The position numbers were made by a program, and so were the translations under genes. Shown piece by piece: positions 23,216 through 33,915 of a stretch of 64,000 nt of DNA (positions are counted from its first letter, which is position 1; the number at the start of each line of letters is the position of its first letter). Under the pieces are notes generated by a model. The model was not told where the DNA came from, did no database searches, and saw only the letters and a program-made list of their open reading frames with translations. The DNA comes from Pirellulales bacterium (lineage in GTDB: Bacteria > Planctomycetota > Planctomycetia > Pirellulales > PALSA-1355), in contig CAVTBU010000007.1 of assembly GCA_963733035.1 (NCBI GenBank), positions 448,001 to 512,000 on the forward strand. Reading direction: 5' to 3'.

Positions 23216-24535
23216 CTATTGCCCGGCATCCGATGGTCCCGGAAGCCGTACGCCCGCGGTGCCCAACGGCCGTGGCTCCGCGGGTGAGTGGTCCGATTTA
23301 CGGATCTTGACGGTGACGAAGCCGGTATTGTCGGCCAATTCGTTCCAGCTTTCGTGGCAGCAAGAATAGCTTCCCGTCGGCCGGCGCGACGAATGTGCCG
23401 TCGTTCGAAAGCGGCAGAGGCTCGCCAAGCTGGAAATCGTGAAACACGACCGCTTCCAATCGCCCTGTTCCATTCGCGAGTCCGGCCGCGGTCGTTTCTC
23501 CTCCGCCGGCCCCCAGTTTCCAATTGCCCGGCGCTGTAGTCGTAGGCCTGCCCGCGCGACACCAGCGCCTCCGGAAGCCTGCCAGCCCCGATTGGCCATG
23601 ATGCGCGCGGTCGTCGGCGTTCGCTCGGCGGGACGAAACTTGTGGTGCCAATCCCATCGGCACAGATCGGCGCGATAGCCCTGGTCGACCTGCTTGATGA
23701 ACAGCCGATACTCGAATTCCAGTTCTCGGCTCATGACGCCGAACACTTCATCGAAGCGCGGCTGCGAGCCGTGTAGATAAGCCAGCCCCAACGTTCGGAA
23801 TCGGCCGGCGTAGTTTGGATTGTTGACGAGCAAGTGACACAGCGCCCAGCGGCAGGCGTAAGCCTGCCACGAGTCGCCCGTCCGCACCGGCCCGGTGCTG
23901 TGACCATCCGCCGCGTCCTCAGCCACGATTTGGGCGACCGTCTTGGTGGCCTGGCGATTCAAGTAGTCGATCATGTGCGGCTTGCAGCGCACGCCCGTGT
24001 TGTCTTCCTGCCAGAACTGCCCCAACTCAGCCATTCCCTCCGAGTACCACAGCGGCCCCGTGCGGCCGAACGTCTGACCGCAATACGCGTGCACGATCTC
24101 ATGCTGTGGCGTGCCGCCATCGGCGATGGAGTAGACCGTCGATTTGCCGGCGACGAATTGCCGGCCGCGATTGACGGTTTGGGTCGTGGTAATTCCGGAA
24201 CTAGCCCGAATCTTGGCGCGGCCAATATCTGAAATCGCGCCGGCCGGCCACACGCTCAAGTCACGCACCACGTAGCACTCGATCTCCCCCTCAAGCGGCT
24301 GGCCCCAGTATTTGGCAATCAGCCCCAAGATCGACTCCAGCCGGGCCAGAAGTTCGCGGGCCTCGCGGGCCGGCAAGTCCGTGTGCAGCACGACATGCGT
24401 GGAACGATAGTCCGCCGGGTCGGCCACCGCGTCGCGTGGAGCTTGCGCCCGCGCGCACGATACGGCTCCTCCGCCCCAGGCGAGCATCGCTAGTGCAAAA
24501 AATAGGACAACCCGACCGAGCATCCGTTTGGCCAC
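23216..24535 (-). CDS. secreted DUF1570-like HEXXH metallopeptidase-domain protein (3 apparent frameshifts in the C-terminal part)
   Basis: Signal peptide, HEIVH...PLWYSEGMAE; the C-terminal beta domain switches frame near 23566, 23530 and 23363. Confidence 0.75.
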   Translation of the reverse strand: MAKRMLGRVVLFFALAMLAWGGGAVSCARAQAPRDAVADPADYRSTHVVLHTDLPAREARELLARLESILGLIAKYWGQPLEGEIECYVVRDLSVWPAGAISDIGRAKIRASSGITTTQTVNRGRQFVAGKSTVYSIADGGTPQHEIVHAYCGQTFGRTGPLWYSEGMAELGQFWQEDNTGVRCKPHMIDYLNRQATKTVAQIVAEDAADGHSTGPVRTGDSWQAYACRWALCHLLVNNPNYAGRFRTLGLAYLHGSQPRFDEVFGVMSRELEFEYRLFIKQVDQGYRADLCRWDWHHKFRPAERTPTTARIMANRGWQASGGAGVARAGLRLQRRAIGNWGPAEEKRPRPDSRMEQGDWKRSCFTISSLASLCRFRTTAHSSRRPTGSYSCCHESWNELADNTGFVTVKIRKSDHSPAEPRPLGTAGVRLPGPSDAGQ

Positions 24536-24642
24536 GACGCGAGAATCATGGGAAATTCGAGCCCTTATCCATTGTAACCTATGGCCGGCGTCTGCCGGCG
24601 GCCGCTGGCCGGGGCAAACCGTCGAAGTTCATGGGAATCAAC

Positions 24643-24682
24643 AAAAAAACCGGCGACCCGAAAGATGCATCGGGTCGCCGGT
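24643..24682 (-). terminator. Rho-independent terminator
   Basis: 12-bp perfect stem ACCGGCGACCCG/CGGGTCGCCGGT followed by T7 on the minus strand. Confidence 0.85.
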
Positions 24683-24731
24683 CGTCACGGTTTGCCGCGG
24701 TTGGCCCTGGTGAGGGCTGACTCGACCGACC

Positions 24732-25409
24732 TTACTTGGTGGCCGCGTCGTCCGTCTTTTCCTCGGCCTCGCCTTCGCCCTTGTAGGCCAAGGGGAAGCT
24801 CGTCTGATACATGTCGTAAATCGTCACGTAGCAGGTGCCGTTGTCCTCGTCGTCGAGGTCTTTTACTTCCAATGCCAACGGCATGGTGCCGGGGCCGAAG
24901 CCTTCGCCGATTTGCGCATCGAGCACGGGCTTCTCGTCGGTACCGTAGCCATACAGATGCCACACATCGTCGTCGGTGTGGCGAGCGGCAAGGATCAGGT
25001 AGTTGACCTTTTGCTCGCTACCGTCCTGACCGGTGATCTCCAGCGAACCGAGCTTCGACTTCTCGATCGGCTTGTCGTCAATGACGGGGATAAAACCGTC
25101 GGACATGAACAACACGCCCAGCGCGGCGCCGGGATCACTGTTGACTCCGTCGGGGATTTCCTCGGCCTTGAGATCCTTCTGCGGCACCAGGATCAAGCCG
25201 ATCTGGTCGCGATGGACACCGCAGGCGTTGTCGATATCGCACTCGACCTTGACCGCGGCGTTTTCCACGTTGTTGACCGCATCGCTGAGCACCTGCGCGA
25301 AGGCCTGCGAGATTTGCGGATCAAGAATTTCCAAATCTTCGGCCACGGCCGAAGCGGTGCCAACGGCACCCGCCGCAAGCGCGGCAATTCCACACAGCAG
25401 TTTCTTCAT
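24732..25409 (-). CDS. secreted acidic hypothetical protein
   Basis: MKKLLCG...ASAVA signal peptide; GGAGG RBS; terminator downstream. Confidence 0.8.
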   Translation of the reverse strand: MKKLLCGIAALAAGAVGTASAVAEDLEILDPQISQAFAQVLSDAVNNVENAAVKVECDIDNACGVHRDQIGLILVPQKDLKAEEIPDGVNSDPGAALGVLFMSDGFIPVIDDKPIEKSKLGSLEITGQDGSEQKVNYLILAARHTDDDVWHLYGYGTDEKPVLDAQIGEGFGPGTMPLALEVKDLDDEDNGTCYVTIYDMYQTSFPLAYKGEGEAEEKTDDAATK

Positions 25410-25784
25410 CGAATCCTCCGTTAGCAGAAAGAAAGTAGGACGAGCGATTGGGGGGACGCGCTCAAAGGATTTGACCGGCCACACCGCCGGGCGGCAAGTT
25501 TGAAGAACACCCACCAAGATACCTGCCCCCCGGGGGCGTGCAATAGTTTCTCGCCCGCCGACCGCCAGTTTTCATCGAAACGCGGCGAAGTCGGTGCCCG
25601 ACGGCATCATTCTCCGCAGGAAATTCTCCTCTCAGCCATTGCTGGCCACGTGGTATAGAATAGACGCAGCCGAACGCCCGCCGGGTATACCCTTGTCCGT
25701 ATTCGCCGGCGGCGATCAAATATCGGCAAGCAAATTTCGCCAGGAAGGATCCGACCGCTTTCCGTGCCAGGAGGGACTGCCAGC

Positions 25785-26390
25785 ATGACCGACTCCAACC
25801 GATTCACCGACGCCGAGCCAGTCACGGGCCGCTCTGGGCACTGGGCCACCGCCGTTGCGCTGGTCGGTATTCTATTTGCGCTTGTGGCCGTGCTCGCCGC
25901 CTCCGGCCGCCCCGGCGCGACAGACCCGTCCCTCGCACAGACCCCTCCCGAACCTGCGACAGGTAGGAAGCTCATGCCCGAAGTCAAAAAAAGCGATGCC
26001 GAGTGGCGTGCCCAGCTCACGTCCGAACAGTATTACGTTACCCGCCAGAAAGGGACCGAGCGGCCATTCTCCGGCGCATACTGGGACCTCAAAGAGCCCG
26101 GCAAATACAAGTGTGTTTGTTGCGGCGCCGAACTGTTTACTTCCGACACCAAGTACGACTCGCATTGCGGCTGGCCCAGCTTTTTCGCCGCTGGCACCCC
26201 CGAAAATCTTCACGAGGAAGAAGACCGCTCGCACGGCATGCTCCGTACCGAGGTCACGTGCAGCAAATGCGGCGCCCACCTGGGGCACGTGTTCGACGAC
26301 GGCCCGCAACCCACCGGCACCCGCTACTGCATGAATTCCGCGGCCCTACAGTTCGAGAAAAAAGACCCCGGCGACAAACAGGACAAGTAA
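25785..26390 (+). CDS. msrB: peptide-methionine (R)-S-oxide reductase with N-terminal TM/signal
   Basis: [38 protein letters not shown]. Confidence 0.95.
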   Translation: MTDSNRFTDAEPVTGRSGHWATAVALVGILFALVAVLAASGRPGATDPSLAQTPPEPATGRKLMPEVKKSDAEWRAQLTSEQYYVTRQKGTERPFSGAYWDLKEPGKYKCVCCGAELFTSDTKYDSHCGWPSFFAAGTPENLHEEEDRSHGMLRTEVTCSKCGAHLGHVFDDGPQPTGTRYCMNSAALQFEKKDPGDKQDK

Positions 26391-26529
26391 ACTGGACGGT
26401 GCCGGCACTAGCCGAGCCATGTAGCCCTTTTTTTTCTCCATCCTGGGCCAAGACTTGCCAACCGCCGGCGAAGAGAAGTAAGACCTAAGCCGCGCCCCGG
26501 CCCCTTGACCCGTTTTCGGGAGACCAAAC

Positions 26530-26853
26530 ATGCTCGAGCTCTTATCGGACTATCCCTGGCTGCTGGTTTGCATGTTGACGGCCGGAGTGATCGTGGCCTG
26601 CGTGGCAATTGTCTTCATCACCGACTACCTGCGCAAATCGCACCAGGCTGAAATCGACGCCTCACTGAAGCAGGACATGCTCAATCGGGGCATGTCGGCC
26701 GCCGACATTAGAACCGTGCTCGAATCGAGCTCTGACGCCGAGGCCCTGCGGATGGCAAACCAGGGCGTGCGCGTAGGCCTCGGAAAGTTTCAAGTCGAAG
26801 TGGGCGGCGTCAATCAGCCCGCCGCGTCACCGGGCGGCGCTGCCACGCATTAG
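26530..26853 (+). CDS. small membrane protein
   Basis: One TM plus LKQDMLNRGMSAADI motif; GGAG RBS. Confidence 0.7.
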   Translation: MLELLSDYPWLLVCMLTAGVIVACVAIVFITDYLRKSHQAEIDASLKQDMLNRGMSAADIRTVLESSSDAEALRMANQGVRVGLGKFQVEVGGVNQPAASPGGAATH

Positions 26854-27710
26854 CCAATCTTTCCAAGCCACTTGCCGATCATCGCCGTTAGCATGTCGTG
26901 GCAGGCTGTGTATTGGTGATCCGCCCCGGCAAGGACCATCACACGCAAACGATTCGCGGGGGTGGCATGCTGTTGCACCAGCTCGGGCATCCCGCGAAAC
27001 GCATCATGCCCCTGCACTTCGGCAGAGCCGTACGTCACGAGCATGGGAGCCTTCACGCGGTCGAGCATCTTCAAAATGTTGTACCGCTCTCCCGGCCCGT
27101 AGCGATCGACGAAACCGGCCGCGGTGACGTAGTAAGCGATTGGAAACTGTACCAGCATCAATGCGTCGCCCCGTCCCTCGGCCACCAGCTTTTCGGCCGC
27201 CGCGAAGTTTTGCAGGAACTCATCCCTGCGGCCCGACCCGCTGAAATGTTCGTACGACAAGCGCGGCGGTGACGCGGCCACGAATGCTGATACTTCCGGC
27301 GGATCGTCCGCGGCCAGCGTCAAGATCGCCTTGATGGCTCCCAGGCTATGCCCGAGCACGCCGATGCGCTGGTACCCGCGCGCGCGCAACAGCTCGATCC
27401 AGGCCCGCAGATCGAGCGGCGCCTCGTCGACGCGTTCGAAGGCAGCGCCCAGCAGGGCGTGTCCGCCGGCCGACGGCCCGGTGCAGAGGATGTCGTGCCC
27501 GCGCGTATTGGCTCGCAGCACGGCTGCGCCGCTGGCCAACAGCCTGGGCGCCAGCCCGGCCAGCGTCGAGGCCGCGTAAAAGTTGCTTCCCGTGCCGTGG
27601 ATGCAGAGCCACGCATCGACGGTCGAAGAACTCCCTTCGATGGGAGTTTCCAGCGCGCCGTGCAGGCGAACGCCGTCGCTTGTCGTCACTTGGATCAGGT
27701 CGACCAGCAT
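26850..27710 (-). CDS. alpha/beta hydrolase
   Basis: IHGTGSN, GHSLG nucleophile elbow, GADH. Confidence 0.9.
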   Translation of the reverse strand: MLVDLIQVTTSDGVRLHGALETPIEGSSSTVDAWLCIHGTGSNFYAASTLAGLAPRLLASGAAVLRANTRGHDILCTGPSAGGHALLGAAFERVDEAPLDLRAWIELLRARGYQRIGVLGHSLGAIKAILTLAADDPPEVSAFVAASPPRLSYEHFSGSGRRDEFLQNFAAAEKLVAEGRGDALMLVQFPIAYYVTAAGFVDRYGPGERYNILKMLDRVKAPMLVTYGSAEVQGHDAFRGMPELVQQHATPANRLRVMVLAGADHQYTACHDMLTAMIGKWLGKIG

Positions 27711-27786
27711 CGTACCTCCGGCACGAAAGCGCATGCCGCCTGGGATCACGGAAATGAGTCCGGCGGCCAGAGTCCGACTGCGGCGA

Positions 27787-28257
27787 CTATTGCGGCGGTG
27801 TTGGCGCGGGGCCGCTGCCAAGCTGGGCCAGAATCTGCAGCACGCCGTTGAGGTGGGCCAACCGCGGACCGAAGCGGTCGACAAACTCGTTGAGCATGAA
27901 TTCGCCGTCCATCAGCACGTCCGAATTCTCGCGAATCTCCTCGGTCATGCTTCCCAGGAATTCGACCTGCACCTGGCTCAAGGCCTCGGCGGCCATCCGG
28001 CAACTACGGGCCAGTTCCGGATGCGACTGCTTCCACTGCGTCAATTCTTGATTGCGCTGTCGCTGGGCGGCGGTCATCTGGTTGACCAGCTCCTCGAGCA
28101 ACTCATTTTGTCGGTCTTGGGCCGCCAAAATGTTCCGCAGCAAGCTGGTCTGTTCGTCGGCAGAGTCGCGATCCTCGCGCGCACGGTCGACTTGGGTTCC
28201 GGCCGTGATGTCGACTTGCGTAAACAAGGCAGGCGTGGGACGCGATTCTTGACTCAT
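27787..28257 (-). CDS. hypothetical coiled-coil protein
   Basis: QDRQNELLEEL...EFVDRFGPRLAHLNGVLQIL; AGGAG RBS. Confidence 0.8.
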   Translation of the reverse strand: MSQESRPTPALFTQVDITAGTQVDRAREDRDSADEQTSLLRNILAAQDRQNELLEELVNQMTAAQRQRNQELTQWKQSHPELARSCRMAAEALSQVQVEFLGSMTEEIRENSDVLMDGEFMLNEFVDRFGPRLAHLNGVLQILAQLGSGPAPTPPQ

Positions 28258-28619
28258 TTATCGCCGCTCCTTGAGGAAAAATGGCTCCTGAAGACTCGAT
28301 TCTAATCAAACGACCTCGCACTTACCACCACCCGGTAATTCGGCCCCGCTTTTCCGATTGCACGGATTGCACCGGCTGTGTCCCCACCAGATTGTTGACA
28401 GCACCTCGCACTGCCGCACTACCCAATAGCCGCTGATCGCAAGCTGGGCGAACAACGACAACCTTGCCGTCGCAAGGGTTTTAGGTCAATCGCTGCCGTC
28501 GACAAGGTCGCTAAAGTCGCTCGCGCGCCCACCCGATGCAAACAGGGCGGGCAACCACGCGCTCCGCTTCGCACTCACCTGCATTCGCACCCGGAATTGC
28601 CAACACCAGGAATCGCCGC

Positions 28620-29207
28620 ATGAATCGTGCCGAGGAGACTAGCCCGGGCGCCTTGGGGTTTTTGACCGTGCTCCAACATGAACAACTCGGCCTGGCGGGT
28701 GGATATCTGATCCTCAACGCCGCCGGCCGTCCGCTCGAGTTTCACTGCACCGCGCCGGTCAAACCCAATCGAGCCCAGCAGATCCTCTTCGGGCCCACGC
28801 TCGACGCCTACCTCTACGGTGAACAAATCGGCCAGACGCTCCTCGCCAAGGGGGCGCTGCAGCCGGCCGCCGTGTATACGAACGTCGAGCGGGTGTTGGC
28901 CGTGCGAGATTTCGTCTCGCTGCCCGTGGCGCTTGTGCTAGCGGGCGAAGCGTCGTCTGCCCAGACCGTCTCCGCCACGGCCGCTGGCAGCGAATGGCAC
29001 ATTGACACGCCCCACGGATCGAGCGGTCACTTGTCCGTATTCGAATTAGGCCGCAATCGCCTGGCCGTGAACCCCACGCGCGATGCCGACCGTGAGGCCA
29101 TCCTTGCCCACGCGGCCGAACTGGCGGCGTTCGACCTGGCCGAACCGTTTGAAAGGATTCGCGAAGCCGTCGAAGAAGCCCACAAGGTCACCCGCTCCGC
29201 CGCCTGA
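28620..29207 (+). CDS. hypothetical protein
   Basis: GGYLILNAAGRPLEFHCTAPVKPNRAQQILFG...DLAEPFERIREA. Confidence 0.8.
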   Translation: MNRAEETSPGALGFLTVLQHEQLGLAGGYLILNAAGRPLEFHCTAPVKPNRAQQILFGPTLDAYLYGEQIGQTLLAKGALQPAAVYTNVERVLAVRDFVSLPVALVLAGEASSAQTVSATAAGSEWHIDTPHGSSGHLSVFELGRNRLAVNPTRDADREAILAHAAELAAFDLAEPFERIREAVEEAHKVTRSAA

Positions 29208-29370
29208 GTTGTCGCACCGCTGCGCTTCCCACCTCAAGCCTCGGGTCTCAAGCCTCACGCCTCCCGAATGGACGTCCAAACCTGGCATCCCGAGAAGATT
29301 CGCGTCACAACCACGAGCTCGGTTGTGGCGGCCGAGGCATGCCTTGCTGTGAGCGCCGCCCTTCGCCGAC

Positions 29371-31046
29371 ATGCTGCGTCCGTCGGTCGAAGTGAATAGC
29401 TTGCGGTTCGACGGGCGCATTGCCGCCGCGGTCTCGTTGCCGATGACGCCCCCCAAGCTCAAGGTGGCCAGCTACCAGTTTGGCGTGACCGGCGGATGGC
29501 GCACCCACCTGCCGAAAGTCCAGCCGGCCCAGTCCGCCCTTCCCTGCCCTTCCGCGCCGTTTGAAACACAACAGCCCAGCAAAGCGGCGACGCGGACCCG
29601 AATTCAACCGCCGGGCGACGTCATCAAGCTGGAAGATCGACTGTTCTACGTGTTGCAACCGTCGCTCGAGGCGATGATCGGCGACAGCGCACTTTCGTTC
29701 CCGGCCCATCCGTTCCCTTACCAATTCGAAGGCATCGCCTTCCTCTACCCGCGTTACTCCGCGGTGCTAGCCGATGAGATGGGCCTCGGCAAAACGATGC
29801 AGGCCATCACTGCCGTGCGGCTGCTGCTGCACGCTGGCGAGATCGAACGAGTGTTGTTCGTGTGCCCCAAGCCGTTGGTGACAAACTGGCAGCGCGAGTT
29901 CGCGCACTGGGCGCCGAGCTGCCCGCCATGGCCATCGAGGGCGACCAGGCCAAGCGGCGCTGGCAATGGCAGCAGACCGACATGCCCGTCAAGATCGCCA
30001 ACTACGAAGCCCTCTCGCGCGACCGCGACGCGATCGCCGAGTTGGGCCTCTCGTTCGACCTGGTCGTGCTCGACGAAGCGCAGCGAATCAAAAACCGCTC
30101 GAGCGCAACCAGCCAAAGCGTGCGCGAGCTATCGCGGCGCCGCAGCTGGGCGCTGACCGGCACGCCCGTGGAAAACAGCCCGCAAGATCTGGTCGGCATT
30201 TTCGAATTCCTCGCGCCGGGCTACCTCAGTGACACGATGAAGCCCCGCAAGATGGGCAAGGCCGCCGCCGAGTACGTTCTGCGGCGCACCAAGGACAAGG
30301 TACTCACCGACCTGCCTCCCAAGATGTTTCGCGACGCCGAGATCGACCTGAGCCCCGCGCAGTGGGCCAGCTACGAACTGGCCGAGAAAGAAGGCGTGGT
30401 CAAGCTGACCGAGATGGGCCAGGAGGCCACGATCCAGCACGTGTTCGAGCTGGTGCTGCGGCTCAAGCAAATCTGCAACTTCGACCCGGCCACGGGCGAC
30501 AGCGCGAAGTTCGAGCGGCTCGCGGCCGACCTGGACGAAGTGGCCGCCAGCGGCCGCAAGGCGATCGTCTTCAGCCAATGGGTTGGCACGCTCGAAACGC
30601 TGGCCAGCCGGCTCGGGCATCTGCATCCCCTGCTCTACCACGGCGGCGTGGCTCCCAAGCATCGCGACGAGGTGCTCGACCAGTTCAAGCGCGACAAGCG
30701 GCGCAACGTGCTGCTGCTCAGCTACGGCGCCGGCGGCGTGGGACTCAACCTGCAGTTCAGCGAGTACGTGTTCCTGTTCGACCGCTGGTGGAATCCGGCC
30801 GTCGAAGACCAGGCCGTCAACCGCGCCCACCGCATTGGCGCCGCCGGCCCGGTCACCGTCACGCGTTTCATCGCGCTGGAAACGATTGAGCAGCGGATCG
30901 ACCAGATCCTCCGCGAAAAGCGCGAGCTGTTCGACACCATCTTCAACGACGCCGAGCCCACGAAAAACCTTGGCCTGACGCAAAGCGAAATCTTCGGCCT
31001 CTTCAAGCTCCGCTGTCCCAGCGGCCCCATCGACGTGGCGGCCTAA
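29371..31046 (+). CDS. SNF2-family helicase/ATPase (frameshift near 29915; true start possibly 29268)
   Basis: [55 protein letters not shown]. Confidence 0.92.
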
Positions 31047-31051
31047 GCGAC

Positions 31052-31915
31052 TTACCAGAGTCGGTCGCTGACGAACACGATCGTTTTGCCATCCGGCGAC
31101 CAGTCGGGCTGGCGGTTGCGCCCCTTTTGAGCAGGCACACGCTGGGGAGGCGTATCGTCGTTCACCTCGACGATGTACAGCCGATTGGCGTCCGAATAGA
31201 CCAGCCGACTGCCATCCGGCGAGAACGAGACCGTGCCACCGGAATTGGACTTCACTCGCGCGTGCGAGCCTTCCGCGCCGCCGGGCACGCCCACCAGGAG
31301 CAGTTGGCAATTGCCGCGCTCCTTTTCGCGCACGGTCACGGCCAGGCGCTTTCCGTCGGGCGTGAAGTTGAAGCCGCGAAAGACTTCAAAGTAGGGCTGG
31401 GCGAATAACTCCGCGGTCGCGCCGCCGGCAATATCGGTCACCTGCACGTTCTTGCCGTCCGTGATGGCAAAGCGGCTGCCATCGGGCGACCAGCGCAGCG
31501 TTCTGCCCGGCAGCAGCATGCTCGGCCCCGTGCCATCAAGTTGATACACCGCGACCTGCGCGTGGCCTTTGCTGTCAAACGCGTAGCAGGCCAGCTTGCT
31601 GCCGTCCGGCGCCCAGGAAGGCAAGGAGCCACGCCCGAGCTCACGCAAACCCGTGCCGTCGGCATTAATCAGGAACAGCTTGCGAACGTTCTTGCCGTCC
31701 TCGCGCGCGTTGAAGGCCACGGTCTTGCCGTCTGGCGACCAGGCCGGATATTCGTGATGGTGATGTCCCTCCACGCGAACCAGCAGTCGCACCTGGCTGC
31801 CGTCGACGTTCATCACGCAGATCCCCGTGGTGTCGTCGGCGGCCTGAGCTGAAATCGAAATCAAGCAGACAACGACCGTCGACCACAGCATCCAAGCTGG
31901 CAGCAGTCTTGTCAT
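31052..31915 (-). CDS. secreted TolB-like/PD40 beta-propeller protein
   Basis: Signal peptide and repeated WSPDG motifs. Confidence 0.88.
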   Translation of the reverse strand: MTRLLPAWMLWSTVVVCLISISAQAADDTTGICVMNVDGSQVRLLVRVEGHHHHEYPAWSPDGKTVAFNAREDGKNVRKLFLINADGTGLRELGRGSLPSWAPDGSKLACYAFDSKGHAQVAVYQLDGTGPSMLLPGRTLRWSPDGSRFAITDGKNVQVTDIAGGATAELFAQPYFEVFRGFNFTPDGKRLAVTVREKERGNCQLLLVGVPGGAEGSHARVKSNSGGTVSFSPDGSRLVYSDANRLYIVEVNDDTPPQRVPAQKGRNRQPDWSPDGKTIVFVSDRLW

Positions 31916-32055
31916 GACGTATCTCCAGTGTTTGCGTGCAACCGGCGCGGGTGAGCGACAAGCGCGATGATCGCACGACGTCACGCTCGTATCAAGCAAC
32001 GCGATCCGTTTTCTCGCCGCCGACTGGTGAGCAACGAACGGATTGGTAAAGAGAG

Positions 32056-32146
32056 CCCTCGCGCGCCGCGTCCGGTTAGTAGCCAGCCGCAAACCCAATA
32101 AGCCCAGCGCCAGTCGCAACACACCAACCCGACGCGCAAGCGAGGG
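32056..32146. repeat. imperfect inverted REP pair, family 2
   Basis: ACCAACCCGACGCGCAAGCGAGGG at 32123-32146; degenerate reverse complement at 32056-32080. Confidence 0.6.
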
Positions 32147-32518
32147 AACACCGCGCCGGCAATGAACTCGCAAATTGTTACAGAATCGACAGATCGAATC
32201 GCACCGGGCCGCCAACCGATCTCGCGCGGAGCAGGAATCTCAACAATTCTCGGGGGGAATCTCTTGACTTCAGGGTGCCCGATCGATCATGCATATTGAG
32301 AAATCGGAGTGGCCGCCGCGCCGCGCAGGCCTGACCGGAGTTCGCTAAATGCTCACCCCAATTCGATCCCCAGAAACAGGGCGCTCGCGCTCCGCCATCG
32401 CCGGTGGAGCGCCGGCGCCCTGTTTCTTTTGTTGCTTGAGAACAGATGCAAGGCAGAACGGCTGATGGGTCGCCAGTGTGAATTCTGATCGAAACATTTC
32501 AGGTTAGGAGAGTTCGCC

Positions 32519-33370
32519 ATGTCTTCCAATCTTAAGCGCGTGATCTCGTTGCTGACGATTCTTGCTGCCCTCGTTGTCGCTTCGACCACCAGGGCGGGGA
32601 GCTTGACGCCGAACCCGGCGAACGGCAGTCCGCATACCGCGGCATCTCCCAATGGCTTCTACGTCTCTTTGATTCCCGATCCCGCGTCGTACCGCTCGCC
32701 GGCCATTGGTTGCCCGTGGCTTGTGCCCGCGGCACAGTCCGCGACCCAGCCTTACAATACCGACGCGAACAACGCGTGGTTTTTCAACTACGCGGCCGCG
32801 TTCAATGGCACGTTCAACATGACGACCTACGCGGCCACGAACGACGGCACGTATGGCGGAGCCGACTTCACCATCACTTACACGCCAGGCGCGGGCGACC
32901 CGACTGGCGCCGACGTCCGCTGGATGCAGGTGATCGACACCAACATGCCCACGACCCGCGGCGTTACCTATGGCGTGCCCGGCACCCCGGCCGGATACAC
33001 CTCCTATCTCGACAACGCGGGCCCGGACGACCTGAACAACAATCCTCCGGTCGACCCCTACTACGGTTGGCTGACCGCCACGAACCCCAACGACATCACC
33101 ACTTCCACGGCCGCCAACAGCACTTCCTTCACCGACACGCCGGCCCTGCCCCTGGCCGTGGGCCGCGACTGGGAGGCGCAGGTGTTTGTGGTGAGCGAAA
33201 CGACCGCACTCGATCCGCATCAGCCCAATATCACCGACCACTACGTGACGATCTACGGCGGCGTGTGGTGGGGATTCCGCGTCATCCCCGAACCCTCCAC
33301 CATCGTCCTCAACACGATCGGCGCCATCGGGCTATTGGTCTACGGGTTACGGCGAAAGCGAGCGGCGTAA
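32519..33370 (+). CDS. PEP-CTERM surface protein
   Basis: Signal peptide; Thr/Asn-rich body; IPEPS-TM-RRKR tail. Confidence 0.9.
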   Translation: MSSNLKRVISLLTILAALVVASTTRAGSLTPNPANGSPHTAASPNGFYVSLIPDPASYRSPAIGCPWLVPAAQSATQPYNTDANNAWFFNYAAAFNGTFNMTTYAATNDGTYGGADFTITYTPGAGDPTGADVRWMQVIDTNMPTTRGVTYGVPGTPAGYTSYLDNAGPDDLNNNPPVDPYYGWLTATNPNDITTSTAANSTSFTDTPALPLAVGRDWEAQVFVVSETTALDPHQPNITDHYVTIYGGVWWGFRVIPEPSTIVLNTIGAIGLLVYGLRRKRAA

Positions 33371-33915
33371 GGCACTCGGCCGAACATTGCTTTGGCCCAT
33401 CGTGCTTTGGTACTTAGTCACGATCCCTCACCCGGCCACACGACATCACGACTCGGTGTCCGCGGGTTTTGCGATCGGCGACCCTGCGCCGCGTTGTAAC
33501 CTCACGTCGGCCGATTCGTTCGCCGGCCCATCCGTGCGACCCTTACTAAAAAGTAAACCAGCGATGTGAGCCCGATTCGCAACCGCTGCGAACCGGCCAA
33601 ACGCCGCGTAAAACGCGGCAAACGAACGGATCGCCCGCCGCTTTTCATTGCGCTTAAGTATGGATTCGAAAAAGCGTAACGCGCTTAGGGACGATTGACA
33701 GGCCCTGCCGAGGGATGCAATATGAGCTGTGTCGTAATTACGGCGGCGGCGTCCAGCCTCTAGGTTTGAACCGCGCTTCCGAGGCGCGGACCGGTTGAGC
33801 GTGCCGGGGCAATTCTCTTTCGACATCGCGAGACGTAGCTACTGAGCATTTCATTTCCCGGGCAGCGACGCTCGCTGCACTTTCTTTCTCCGCTCAGTCG
33901 TTTCGAGGTTTCCCG

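Noticed and set aside
29371..31046. SNF2 helicase as part of an anti-phage system
   Set aside because: No adjacent methylase, nuclease or other defence genes; the neighbours look like conserved hypotheticals.
33695..33723. TTGACA-N17-CAATAT promoter candidate before the NHL gene, and similar TTGAC sites at 32264 and 28395
   Set aside because: The -10 matches are too weak to call.
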